A DNA stretch of 64,000 bases, taken from Octopus sinensis (lineage: Eukaryota). The notes below the pieces were generated by a model that had not been told where the DNA came from, ran no database searches, and was given only the letters and a program-made list of their open reading frames with translations. Position numbers and translations under genes: made by a program. This document shows positions 24,692 to 37,033 of this stretch, one piece after another. The DNA lies in the NCBI RefSeq assembly GCF_006345805.1, contig NC_042997.1:108314001-108378000 (forward strand), written 5' to 3'. Every line of letters begins with the position of its first letter. Positions within the stretch are counted from its first letter, which is position 1.

Positions 24692-25735
24692 AAACTGAGA
24701 TAGGGGTTGTGAGTGCAACCCACCATGGGATAACATATATCCAATATACTGCCAGTAAAGCACCCAACAAAGTTAATACATAAATGTTAAGAATTGCGAT
24801 GCAGTTAATTCATTTATTGTATTAGATAGGTGAAGGTAAAATGTTTTACCACAAATTAATAATACAAAATAAGAAAATGGAGAAATACACCTTAATCAAT
24901 AATCAACTACCAGATAATACCCAATCACATAATTTATTAACCCACTACATATGAACATCAAGGTCAACATACTAGTACAGAACAGAACAATGTACATCAA
25001 TGAGTAATATGATACAATAAGTACAATATGTATAAGTAAATATAAATAAATATAAACATAAATATAAACTACACCCATAGGCGCAGGAGTGGCTGTGTGG
25101 TAAGTAGCTTGTTTACCAACCACATGGTTCCGGGTTCAGTTCCACTGCGTGGCACCTTGGGCAAGTGTCTTCTACTATAGCCTCGGGCTGACCAAAGCCT
25201 TGTGAGTGGATTTGGTAGACAGAAACTGAAAGAAGCCTGTCGTATATATGTATATATATGCGTGTGTGTGTTTGTATGTCTGTGTTTGTCCCCCTAGCAT
25301 TGCTTGACAACCGATGCTGGCGTGTTTATGTCCCCGTTACTTAGCAGTTCGGCAAAAGAGACCGATAGAATAAGTACTGGGCTTACAAAAGAATAAGTCC
25401 CGGTGTCGAGTTGCTCGATTAAAGGTGGTGCTCCAGCATGGCCGCAGTCAAATGACTGAAACAAGTAAAAGAGTAAAAGAGAGAAAAAAGAGTATATCTA
25501 CATGGCTGAAACAGCTGTAAGATGTAGTTTATATTTATATTTATATTTATTTATATTTACTTATACATATTGTACTTATTCTATCATATTACTCATTGAT
25601 GTACATTGTTTTGTTCTGTACTAGTATGTTTGACCTTGATGTTCATATGTAGTGGGTTAATAAATTATATGATTGGGTATTATCTGGTAGTTGATTATTG
25701 ATTAAGGTGTATTTCTCCATTTTCTTATTTTGTAT
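24692..25735. mobile_element. (TA)n-embedded element with inverted arms (Penelope-terminus-like), split by a SINE
   Basis: 24862-25073 is an inverted repeat of 25523-25735; 24692-24885 is homologous to about 57795-57985. Confidence 0.75.
25077..25490 (+). mobile_element. tRNA-headed SINE family A, near full length
   Basis: GGCGCAGGAGTGGCTGTGTGGTAAG head, GGTTCAGTTCC B-box-like, body ending GACTGAAACAAGTAAAAGAG; many copies in the window. Confidence 0.88.
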
Positions 25736-25759
25736 ATATATATATATATATATATATAG

Positions 25760-26278
25760 CAAATTCGATGACTGGCATCTGAGTGTGATCATTGACAGAC
25801 CAGCTAAACGGCTTCTGTGCCAGTTGCACATAAAAGGGCACCATTCGAGTGTGATCGTTACCAGCGTCGCCTTACTGGCACTTGTGCCCATGCTAGTAGG
25901 GTGCCAAGAGCACCATCCGAGCATGATCGTTGCCAGAGCAGCCAACTGGCTTCCGGGCTGGTGGCACGTAAACGGGCACCATTCGAACATGATCATTACC
26001 AATGTCGCCTTACTGGCACCTGTGCTGGTGGCATGTGTAAAAAGATTCAAGTGAGGTCATTGCCAGTACCGCCTGACTGGCCCCTGTGCTGGTGGCATAT
26101 AAAAAGCACGCACTACACTCTCGGAGTGGTTGGCATTAGGAAGGTCATCCAGCTGTAGAAACTCTGCCAAATCAAGATTGGAGCCTGGTACAGCCATCTG
26201 GTTCGCCAGCCCTCAGTCAAAATCGTCCAACCCATGCTAGCATGGAAAGTGGACGTTAAACGATGATGATGATGATGA
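25760..26278 (+). mobile_element. RTE-3'UTR-type repeat (family C) with several roughly 70-bp internal units and (GAT)n tail
   Basis: Repeated GGGCACCATTCGA..GTGATC units; homologous to 27195-27610 in the opposite orientation. Confidence 0.8.
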
Positions 26279-26369
26279 AATTCAGTGTGTGTTACATTCC
26301 ATTACTTAATAAATACATTATGTTGTATGTTTATTTACCGTACATTATTTTCCTTTACTATATATGTAT

Positions 26370-26695
26370 ATCCTGAAGAATTGGTGGAATGGTTGGTAAA
26401 GGTAAATGGAGTGAGGTAGTATGGCTATGCGTTGAGGAGAGACAAAGAGCATGTTGTGAGGAGGGTGATTGCATTTGAGGTAAATGTAACACAAAAGCAA
26501 GGTAGACCGAGGAAAAGATGAAGGGGACAGGTAGAGGAGGAGATTAGGAGGGTTGGTTTGAAAAAGGAGGACACTCAAAACTGGGAAAGATGGTGAGATG
26601 ATGTGAGGATGGTTGCTATGGCATTGAGGTAGATCTGGCCACCCCTATTAATGGGGACAAAACTCGGACTTAAAACACTGGATGATGATGATGAT
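26370..26695 (+). mobile_element. RTE-like LINE 3' end
   Basis: Decayed WYGY(A)LRR and GRPRKRW C-terminal motifs, then a GATGATGAT tail. Confidence 0.65.
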
Positions 26696-26988
26696 ATATA
26701 TATACATATATAAAATGTAATTAAAATTCCGTTGAATTAGGTACTTAATTTGAGGCACCTTGCTAGGTCGGTATAATCAGCACATCTCAACAATATTAAT
26801 TGAATATTGAATATCAAGATTCCATGCAGGGGTGTTTGGACTTGATATTCCTACACTGTGTGCAGACAACACAACCCATCTAAGTGAGTATATCCACTCT
26901 TGGTAGTTCAGACATGCGCTTTTTATAAAGGTAGTTTCTATAGTATTTCCAAAGTGCAGATTCTAAGTTAGATGAGCAGAATATAAAT

Positions 26989-28383
26989 GAGTAACAAAGA
27001 TGTACAGGTGTCAATTCATTATGGCCATTTCAAACAACTCCTTTAATTGATTAATGAAAGCATTACATTTGAATGAAACCGTTCTCTTCAGATGACTGCA
27101 TAGACTTCAAACATAAAGGATACAACCATTTCCTTAACACATTCACATCAATAATGGAACTCAAAATATTTACATTGCTGCTTGCATCATCGTCATCATT
27201 ATCATCGTTTAACGTCCGCTTTCCATGCTAGCATGAGTTGGCCGATTTTGACTGAGGGCTGGCGAACCAGATGGCTGCACCAGGCTCCAGTCTTGATCTG
27301 GCAGAGTTTCTACAGCTGGATGCCCTTCCTAATGCCAACCACTCCAAGAGTGTAGTGGGTGCATTTTACATGCCACTGGCACGGGGGCCAGTCAGGCAGT
27401 ACTGGCAACGACCTCGCTCGAATCTTTTTACACATGCCACTAGCACAGGTACCAGTGAGGTGATGCTGGTAACGATCACGCTCGAATGGTGCCTTTTATG
27501 TGCCACTGGCACAGAAGCCGGTTAGCCGCTCCGTCAATGATCACACTCATATGGTGCTCTTTGCACCCCGCTAGCACAGATGCCAGTCATCGAATTTGAT
27601 TTTGATTTCACTTGCCTCAATAGGTCTTTGCAAGCAGAGTTTTAGTGTCCCAAGAAGGAAAAGGTACGCATATGTAGGCTGGTTATGCTCCTGGCATAGG
27701 CCACGAGGTTATGGTCTCATTTGGCTTGCTGAGTCTTCTCAAGCACAGCATATTTCCAAAAGTCTCAGTCACTAGTTATTTCCTTGGTAAGGCCTAAAGT
27801 TCGAAAGACTTCCTGGGTCTACCTCTTCTACAGGTTCCCTCAACCGCTAGGGTGTGGCAATTTTTTCACACAGCTATCCTCATCCATTCTTGTCACATGT
27901 CCATACCAGTGCAGTTGTCTCACTTGAACACCACATCTGATGCTTCTTTGGTTCAACTTTTCTCTCAAGGTACATGGAAGGCGGACATTAAATGATAATG
28001 TTTGTTTTGCCATATCTGTGGCGGAAAATAATGCATACCTTGTTGAGTCTACTATAATTTAGAGAGTATCAGAGGAAATAGTGGTGGGGAGGGAGTCTAC
28101 TATTTCCTCTGCTACTCTCTAAATTATAGCAAACTTAACAAGATATGCATTATTTTCTTAACTCATTCTACCACAGATATGGCAAAAGAAACAATGTAAA
28201 TATTTTGAGTTCCATTATTGATGTGAATGTGTTAAGGAAATGGTTGTATCCTCTATGTTTGAAGTCTATGTGGTCATCTGAAGAGAATGGTTTCTTTCAA
28301 ATGATGAAATGTTTCCATTAATCAATTAAAAGAGTCGCTTGAAACAGCCATAGTGAATTGACACCTGTACATCTTTGTTACTC
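26989..28383. mobile_element. Fold-back (palindromic) element with about 280-bp arms, interrupted by an RTE insertion
   Basis: 26989-27177 inverts 28192-28383; 27999-28082 inverts about 28099-28192; 16-nt loop 28083-28098. Confidence 0.85.
27190..27990 (-). mobile_element. 5'-truncated RTE LINE (ORF end VLEKTQQAK* plus 3' UTR)
   Basis: RTE C-terminal motifs contiguous with family C repeats and the (GAT)n tail. Confidence 0.75.
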
Positions 28384-28531
28384 TCATATATATATATATA
28401 TACTAAGGTATGTAGAAAAATACAACATGGACAAGAACGTATAACTCATAGAAGACGATACAATAAACATGGACAGGACATTCGAACCCCTCAGTCTTCA
28501 GTCAAGAACCGGATCATCGTAGTAATTTCGG

Positions 28532-28582
<51 letters not shown>

Positions 28583-28639
28583 CAGGTATGGAAGCAAAAC
28601 ATGGAATCAAAGGGCCTTAAGATTAACTTAGCAAAGACT

Positions 28640-29630
28640 AAGCTTTTAGTAAGCAAAAAAACTGATAGGGCCCTTCACCCACCCAGTAAATGGCTCTGCT
28701 TGATTTGTAGAAAAAGTATAGGTAGGAATTCCATATAGACACACAAGAGGAGCAGCGGATAATAGGAAGGTTATCAGAGAATGTAGTGTTTGTAAGTGGA
28801 TGGTGCACAGGGGCCATAAAAACTACAGGAAATCTATTTTCTCAAATGCCCCTGAGGCTCTTTAGAGGTAGTGGGTAATTTGTGGTAACTAGGGGACCTA
28901 AATTAGCTGGTGGGGGAGAGGATGTATGGAAAGTGTAATTGCTAAAATAAAAATAAGATTGAGAAAATTTAGAGAGGTTTTAGCTCTGTTGGCAACCAAA
29001 GGTTTCTCTCTCCAAGTGAAAGGAAGATTGTATAATGCATGCATACAAACAGAAATGCTACATGGTAGTGAGACATGCAAAAGCTACAGAGGAATGGAGC
29101 TAGTATGCACTGTTAGATGTTCAATGTCCAGTATACATGTGTGAATGAGCAGCAGTGTTTTGAGGGAAACGCTAGGCCTAAGAGGAATTAGATGTAGTTT
29201 GCAAGAAAGGAGACTGCATTGGTTTGATCATGTGATGTGTATGGATGTCGACAGTTGCATGCAGAAGTGCTGAACACTTGAAGTGGATGGAACTTGTAGA
29301 AGAGGGAGACCCAGGAAGACCTGGGAGGAAGTATTGAAGGCCAGTCTCAAAACACTGAGTCATATGAAAACGACAAAGGACTGAGATATCTGGCACATTG
29401 GCTGTACTCAAGAAGACCATTCCATCACAGCAGAATTGATTCCATCAAAAGCAGCCAGTGCACTCTGTAGAGTGGTTGGTGTCAGGAAGGGCATCAAGCT
29501 GTGGAAACCATACCAAAACAGGCAATGGAGCCTGGTGCAGCTCTTGGCTTTACTAGCTTTGGTCAAACTGTCCAACCCATACCAACCTGAAAAACAGACA
29601 TTAAGTGATGATGGTGATGATGATGATGTA
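28640..29630 (+). mobile_element. Decayed RTE LINE 3' portion
   Basis: KFREVLALLATKGFSLQVKGRLYNACIQTEMLHGSET, LHWFDHV and GRPRKTW motifs; family C core and GAT tail. Confidence 0.85.
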
Positions 29631-29830
29631 TAAAATGTTTGTGTGTGTGGGTCTAATGGTTTGGTCATGTTCGGATAGTCACAACTCCGCCATTGGCATA
29701 CAACATGAATTTAAACTTTGATGACCTTATTTTTATATTCACTGTGAGTTTCAATATTAAAACACATTGTTGTTGTTGTTGTTGTTGTTTTAGTATTTCT
29801 AAAATAATTGTTTGTTATATTTTACGGCAG

Positions 29831-30039
29831 GTTCGTGAAGTAACACGGAGTTATTCTTCAAACAATGAAGACGAACTTGAGTTAGTTGAAGGGGACCATG
29901 TGTTGGCTGATCCAATAGAATTAAGCAACAGCAAGAATGGCTGGTGTAAAGGAATATCAACTTTGACAGGTTCTGTTGGAATGTTCCGGATAGGCTGTAC
30001 AATGCGAACATCAGAAACATCAACATGGACCCTTCATAA
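29831..30039 (+). CDS. UBASH3: UBASH3-like exon, SH3 domain (VREVTRSYSSNNEDELELVEGDHVLADPIELSNSKNGWCKGISTLTGSVGMFRIGCTMRTSETSTWTLH)
   Basis: Acceptor cggcag|, donor CATAA|gtgagt; DELEL.xGD and GW SH3 motifs; phase 0 to phase 2. Confidence 0.92.
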
Positions 30040-32888
30040 GTGAGTCCCTTTATTATTCACGATATTTCCCCACCCCCCACCCCAGTTTCCCTCCTTCACT
30101 GTATGAATATAAATGAGTTCTTGCAAATTTCATTCAAAAGATCAATTAAAACCCAGGAATTTCAGGGAAATTCCTTCTGGTTGGCATTGTCAGGAATTAT
30201 TGTGTGAAGTTGGCAAAAACTGAATTTATGTTGCAGTGAGACCAGAATACAGATATTTCCTGAAATGCCATTCTCAGAGACAAAAGTTTGCAATATTTAA
30301 GACAGAAGGGAATTAGCTTGGATTAAGGGTGTCTTGGTTGTATTCTTTTTGCTTTTGTTTTTCCTTTTACTTGTTTCAGTCATCAGATTGTGGCCATGCT
30401 GGGGCACCACCTTGGAGAATTCTAGTCAAATGTATTAACCCCAGGACTTATTTTTTTAAGCCTGAGACTTATTCTATTGGTCTTTTATGCCAAACCACTA
30501 AGAACAGGGACATAAACGCACCAGCACTGTCAAATGATGGTGGGAAACAGACACACACACATGCACACACACAAAGGGCTTCTTTCAGTTTCTGTCTACC
30601 AAATCCACTCACTTGGCTTTGCCTGCACCTATACGGAAGAACTGCATTAAAAGTTTTTAATTCACAATAAACAACTTTGATAATCCAAAGAACATCTTCA
30701 AAGAGATACATTTTATATAGTTTGGTCAATGATGATGATGTGAGATAACTTAGAGGCAAGATGGTTCAGTGGTAAGCTATTAGACTGTCTACTCAATGAT
30801 TGCAAGTCCAAATTTCCTGCATGCATTAAGTTTTTCTTATTTTAAACCCCACACCTTAGTCAACCCTGGTTTAACCAGAACTATGGTCAAAGGGGATCCA
30901 ACCATAGCCAGTTTATATCTAGGCATTGTCCAATGTGTCTTTCTCTTTTCCTTTAAGATGTTACAATCTAATTTGAAGTAGATTCGGTTACTATTTTTAG
31001 CAGGTTAAACAATACACTGAGGCTCCTTTCATGGTTCAACAATGGTTCATTGTACCTTTGGCAGCATACCTTTTCCTACATCATCTGAGTCTTTCTGGCT
31101 TTTGACAGATTCAGCTACCACCTGATCACATGACCCCATTGCCTCAATGGTAACTCTGAGAATATTAACCTGTAGTAGACTGGCATCCTATCCCATGTGT
31201 TATTTATCCAATATCCACTTTTTGCTGAGTCACCTGAGATGTTTGAAGACTTTTCTTTTAAAATCAAGGTTTGGGTTATCAACTTGATCAGTGAATAATT
31301 TAGTATACAAGTTGATGTTTACAAGAACTTATCAGCTTCATCCTCATCAGTTAACATGTGTTTTCCATGCTGGACGGTTTGACAGAAGCTGGCAAGGCAG
31401 AAGGCTGCACCAAGTTCTACTGTCTGTTTTGGCATGGTTTCTATGGCTGGGTCCCCTTCCTAATGCCAACCACTTTACATAGTGTACTGGGTGCTTTTTA
31501 TGTGGGACCAGCACAGGTCTTTTTTATTACAGGGTCACTAAGTACTTGTAAGACAAAAAACCCTCAACTGAGAGTGGGGAGTAGTATTGAAGGTTTGTGA
31601 TTTTGTGCCAGGTATAGAGGAGTCAGGCATAAGTGTCTTGCTGTAGAGTAAATACATGGATATCCCAGTTGGAAAGGGATTTAGGGACAGAAGTTCAACC
31701 TTCGATGATGTTAGTGATGAAATGATGTCTGTAATCTCGAGAAAAATTGGTCAGAATCTGTTGAGTGATACAGAGAAAAGTTTAGGGAATATAAATATGA
31801 TTTAGAATTGGCCAAAAAGTTGTAATTAATTCTTTCTGCTATAGGCACAAGGCCTGAAATTTGGTGGAAGGGGTCTAGTCTATTACATTGACCCCAGTGC
31901 ACAACTGGTACTTATTTCATTGACCCCTGTAAAGATGAAAGGCAAGGTTGACCTTGTTGGAATTTGAACTCAAAATATAAAAATGGATGAACTGCTGCTG
32001 AGCATTTTCCACCATTGGGCTGATGATGTGATTCTGCCAGCTCCTCACCTTCCGAGTTGTAACTAAAAAGGAAACAAAATGTTAAATTTCGGTGCTACAT
32101 GGGAAATTGTCTTGGTTAGTGTGCAGAAAGGGAGTCGATAAGAATTGGATGTAAGTTTATAGTGTCACAAAAGACGAAGTGGGATAGACAAGCAGGGGGC
32201 AAGGCCTTCAGGTATGATTGGTATGCAAGAGAAGTTAGAAGGTAGAAGCAGCTCTGAAATGAAGTCCATGGAAAGCACACTTAACTCACAAAAGTTACTA
32301 ATTATTATGGGGATAGTTATTATCTCTGTTGGAAATAAAGGGGCAATGGAGTAGCACTTCGTGGCTAATCACTCTGTGTTAGAAAAACAGAACGATACAT
32401 TGGATAATGTAGCTGAAGTAATACAAAAAGATGAGATGGCCACATCTGGAACATGTCTAATAGACCTGGTTAACAGACCACATAGTAATGTACAACAGAG
32501 TTGGATTGACCTGGTGGAATGGCCAGCTTTCTTCGTTTCCATTGATTTGTGAATACGTGCACAGCAAACATAGTTTATTATACACTGAAATTATTATTAC
32601 ATGAACAAGGCTGCGAAACAGCTGTAATCCTAAGGATGCCAAGTGGTTAAACAAATGTATTCACTTCTCATACCTTCTGACACACACACAGTGAAAGAAG
32701 GAGACATATTTATATTCTAAACACATCCACGTGTGTGTAATACTGATAGCAAAAGGAAATTGTTTTCTCGCCTGTAACTGTAGACAATTGTTACATCCTG
32801 CCTGAGCCGCACTTGTGCTGCTGTTCCCACCACCAATAACTGAATGATTGATGTTATCTCTGTCTGTGTGTCTCTCTGTCTTCAACAG

Positions 32889-32988
32889 GTCACTAATGGT
32901 GGTCCCTGCCACTAATATGTACAATGGTTTATCTGAAGGAGACTATGACAATCTCTGGGTTGGGGAACAAGACGACATTTACAACAAA
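32889..32988 (+). CDS. UBASH3: UBASH3-like linker exon ((K)SLMVVPATNMYNGLSEGDYDNLWVGEQDDIYNK)
   Basis: Acceptor ttcaacag|, donor AAA|gtaagt; 100 nt restores phase 2 to phase 0 exactly. Confidence 0.85.
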
Positions 32989-34881
32989 GTAAGTGACAAC
33001 CTCCTCATTTATTTATCCTTTACTTGTTTTTGTCTTAGACTCTGGCCATGCTGGGGCACCGCCCTGAATTTTTAGTTGAATGAATTGACCCCAGTACTTA
33101 TGTCTTTTTAAGCTTAATACTTTTATTTCAATGATTTTTCCATAAAGGCATTACACAGAGGGGGACACTACAACACATGTGGGGACATATAACAAAAATA
33201 TAAAAATAAAATATGATATAATGAATGTCACATGAAAATGAACATGAAGAACAAATTAAAATATGATAACATGAATGATATCTGAAAATGCTATTATGAA
33301 GAGTGTGCTACTCACCCCCACACTGAGTAACACCACTCGCCGCCTCTGGGTCCTAAATCCTTTTCCCCCTTTCTCCATCACTTAGTGACATCATTCTCTC
33401 TGCCAATGCATTCGTAACCTTTCTTTTTAAGCCTAATACTTATTCTATTGATCTCTTTTGCTGAGCTGCTAAGTTATGGGGACATAAACACACCAACACC
33501 GGTTATCAAATGGCAGTGGTGAGGGACAAAACCACACACACGTGCACACACACATACACACACACATATACACACACATGCACGCACGCACACACATGCA
33601 TTTACACAAACATACACACACGCACATACACACACACACACAAACACACACACGATGGGCTTGTCTCAGTCTCTGTCCAGCAAACCCGCTCATAAGGCTT
33701 TGGATGGTACAGGCTAAAGTAGAAGACCCAAGGCACCATGTAGTGAGACTGAACTCAGAACATTGTGGTTGGGAAGCAAGCTTCTTACCACTCAGCCATG
33801 CTTGGGCCTATGTATTTCTTTATTTATTTTACAGTTTTCCCATTTTAGTAAGAACTCAGTAGTTTTCTGTTGTTGTTGTAGTCATTGTGTTTGTTTCACA
33901 GCAATTCGTCCTTAGCACTGAGTATTACTTGACTGTGGAGTAGGAATGGAACCTGTTAGCAGCCAGTCAGACTGAGACTAACAAAGATATTTTAGGGTGG
34001 CAAGCTGGCAGAATTGTTAGCATTCCAGGCGAAATGCTTAGCAGTATTTCATCTGCCATTATGTTCTGAGTTCAAATTCCGCTGAGGTCGTCTTTGCCTT
34101 TCATCCTTTCGGGGTCAATTAAATGTTATGCAGTTATGCACAGGGGTCAATGTATTTAATCCTTTGTCTGTCCTTGTTTGTCCCCTCTATGTTTAGCCCC
34201 CTGTGGGCAATAAAGAAATAAATAACAGATATTTTTGTACATGAGATACTCAACAGTGAGAGGTCACATGACTTGCCAATTGTTCCACTCAACACTCCTC
34301 TTCTCTTTATCATACTGTGTGTGTGTCTCACACACCGAAAAAAAAATCAATGGCTCCAATTTTGATGCCAACATTGTGGCATCTCTGAGATAGAAGTTAA
34401 ATTCTTGTGTGGCTATGTCCACCTTCCACACAACTGGCACCACTTGCTTTGTTAACTTACAGTATTGAGTTCAGCTTTTTATTAAGGTATGACTAAAAGT
34501 GGATCGTGATTATACTGATATCTGATTTAGGGGTCAGTAATGTTGATAACCCATTGATGGATCCCTTTGACCATGAACTTAATTGTCTGACAACAGACAA
34601 ATTAATTAGGAAGGTTGCTGATGGTGATTTAGATTGGTTAACAAACAACAAGGTTAGGAAGAAAGGTTTAAATTTTAATACCAACTCTCTCTCTCTCTCT
34701 CTCCTCCTCCTCCTCCCTCCCCCTCCCTCCCTCCTTCCCTCCCTCAAACTATATTTGCCCTCTTCTGCCTCCATGCTTATTATTAACCACCAACTACCTC
34801 TTCTTCTATATTGTGTATATACAAACAACCAGATACACCAAAACACAGTGATGATATCAAACTCTGAGTATATGAATTTTA

Positions 34882-34916
<35 letters not shown>

Positions 34917-35161
34917 GTTGAATGTATTACTATTATTATTTTTTTCCCAGTTGCTTCATAGAGAATTGCTTCCTTAATTAACAAACTTACACCCATCATG
35001 ACTACCCTAACCCTAATAAGGGTCACCAGGCACTATATTGATCTAAATTGATGCTTCATTTGCAACCATTTTTGTATCTAGACAAACATCCAACAATAAT
35101 AATGGATTATCTACTTAGGATTTGATCCCTCTAAAAGCTTTCTGAATGTTTCTTTCTTCAG

Positions 35162-35297
35162 CTGTTAAAAAATAAAAAGAGTGAAGAGAACCAAAACATC
35201 CCTCGGGAACCTCGATGTTTGTTTGTGATGCGACATGGCGAGAGATGTGATTTTGCCTTGGGAAGAGATTGGGTTGACTCTTGCTTTAATTCCGCAG
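35162..35297 (+). CDS. UBASH3: UBASH3-like exon, histidine phosphatase catalytic motif (LLKNKKSEENQNIPREPRCLFVMRHGERCDFALGRDWVDSCFNSA)
   Basis: Acceptor cttcag|, donor GCAG|gtgagt; RCLFVMRHGER with RHGER at 35231-35245. Confidence 0.95.
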
Positions 35298-35334
35298 GTG
35301 AGTTTCACTTACTTTTATAAGTATTTACACTCAC

Positions 35335-35446
35335 ACATACATACATACATACATACATACATACATGCATGCATGCATGCATGCATGCATGCATACATGC
35401 ATACATACATACATACATACATGCATGCATGCATGCATGCATGCAT
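35335..35446. repeat. Compound (ATAC)n/(ATGC)n tetranucleotide array
   Basis: Direct; starts about 40 nt after the donor of the RHGER exon. Confidence 0.95.
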
Positions 35447-35789
35447 CCACACGCACAACCCGGAAGAGACAGATTTCTGTTAGAAACTTCAAGTTTCATG
35501 CAGCCAAATTGAATTGTTTTAAGAAATTCTTACCAAATGTGTTCAGTTCCTTTTTCTTTCTTTTGTTCACACACACACACACATCATCACCATCATCATC
35601 ATTGAATATCTGCTTTCCATGCTGGCATGGGTTGGATGGTTTGACAGGAGGTAGCAAGCCAGAGAGCTGCACCAAGCTCCAGCTGTCTGTTCTGGCGTGA
35701 TTTCTACACCTGGTATACTTTAGAGTATACCAGGTGCCTTTTATGTGGCACTGGCACCACTGCTTTGTTATTTATACCAGTCTTAAGTG

Positions 35790-36330
35790 AATGGGAGAAT
35801 TGTGAAAGATATAAATAACAGGAAATTGTTAAAATGTCTTAGAGAAAAGATTGGTTTATTTGGTGCAGTTCCTGGAAAGAATTGAAAAAATGGGACAGCA
35901 AAGAGCAGTTCTCTGTTGATAGAAGAGAAGCTTGATGCTAAGGGCAGATAGTGCAGAAGATGCAGAAAAGGATTTGCCTGTGTTTGGTATTGGCAGAGCA
36001 TTGGTGTAGTATTCCAGATTGCAAGGCTGTGTTTTAAGGTAGAGAAAAATATATTTGAAAAAACAGTTACATACTTTCCCTAACTGATGCTGAGAAGAAA
36101 GATGATTAGAGATGTTATTAGGAGAGATTATTGAATGTGGAGAATGTGTGAATGGAAGAAGACCTGCATGAAGTCCCACCTAACTGTGGAACCAGCTACT
36201 GAGGTGGACAGTTATACAGACAAAATGGCCATCAAGACGATGAAGTCAAAGAAAGAAGCTAATCCATTGAAAATACCTGACAAAACAGGACTTACGTTAA
36301 TCACATACATAAGTCAGCTGATATAAAGAG
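35790..36330 (+). mobile_element. Decayed LINE fragment, probably RTE endonuclease-proximal region
   Basis: Purine-rich, resembles RTE ORF N-terminal region; no intact motif. Confidence 0.4.
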
Positions 36331-37033
36331 GTGTTGTGGCCAATGACCATAAAAGCAGTGTAAATGATCAACTGCTACGAGGACAAAGGAAAAAATTTCG
36401 AAAATAGCAAATTCAAAGGTATCAAACTGTTCTTTGAGTATCAGTGTTGTAGCATAATTGATTTGTAAGGAAGTCGACTTTGATGGTTTGCAATTTGTAT
36501 TTATTCTGGCTCAGAGAACCATTGATCCCCTCCTCATTGACAACTGCAAAGACAAAACACTTCCTGACCAAGAGTAAGCCTTTCAACCTAACATTTATGG
36601 ATTTAAAGGAAACCTTTATTAGAGCACTACGATCTTTTAGCTTGGGGATCATTAAGAAAACTAGGAACAAGAATGGTTAGTTCAGGTAATGCAAACTATG
36701 GCGCAGGGATGCAGTCAGAGCTATGTGAAGGTTGGAGGTGAGTACAAGTAGGTACCCCCAATGGTCAAGTCCCAGCCCACCCCTATTTATTGTAGTGTTC
36801 ACAATATTTAAACTAAATAATTCTTCAAGAATAAAATTTCAAAACTGCTTCTGGCTTGATATAATGCCAGAGATATTTCAATAAAAGGACATGCCAATCT
36901 TTTCAAGAGAAGGACCACTTTTGAAAATCTTTAGCTGTTCTGTTGTGTCTGGGGAGAGTCATTTTCTTTTTGTGCCTTATAATATAACACACTCGCCAGT
37001 AAAATTTCCACTTTTTTTCTTATTTTCATTTTC

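Noticed and set aside
28403-28533. Minus-strand CAGCC-GAAA...CTGAAGA arrangement suggesting a type II hammerhead
   Set aside because: Stems I, II and III cannot be formed in register
34493-35026. 151-aa and 177-aa ORFs between the linker and RHGER exons
   Set aside because: Largely microsatellite; no phase-0 AG/GT boundaries compatible with the gene; no motif
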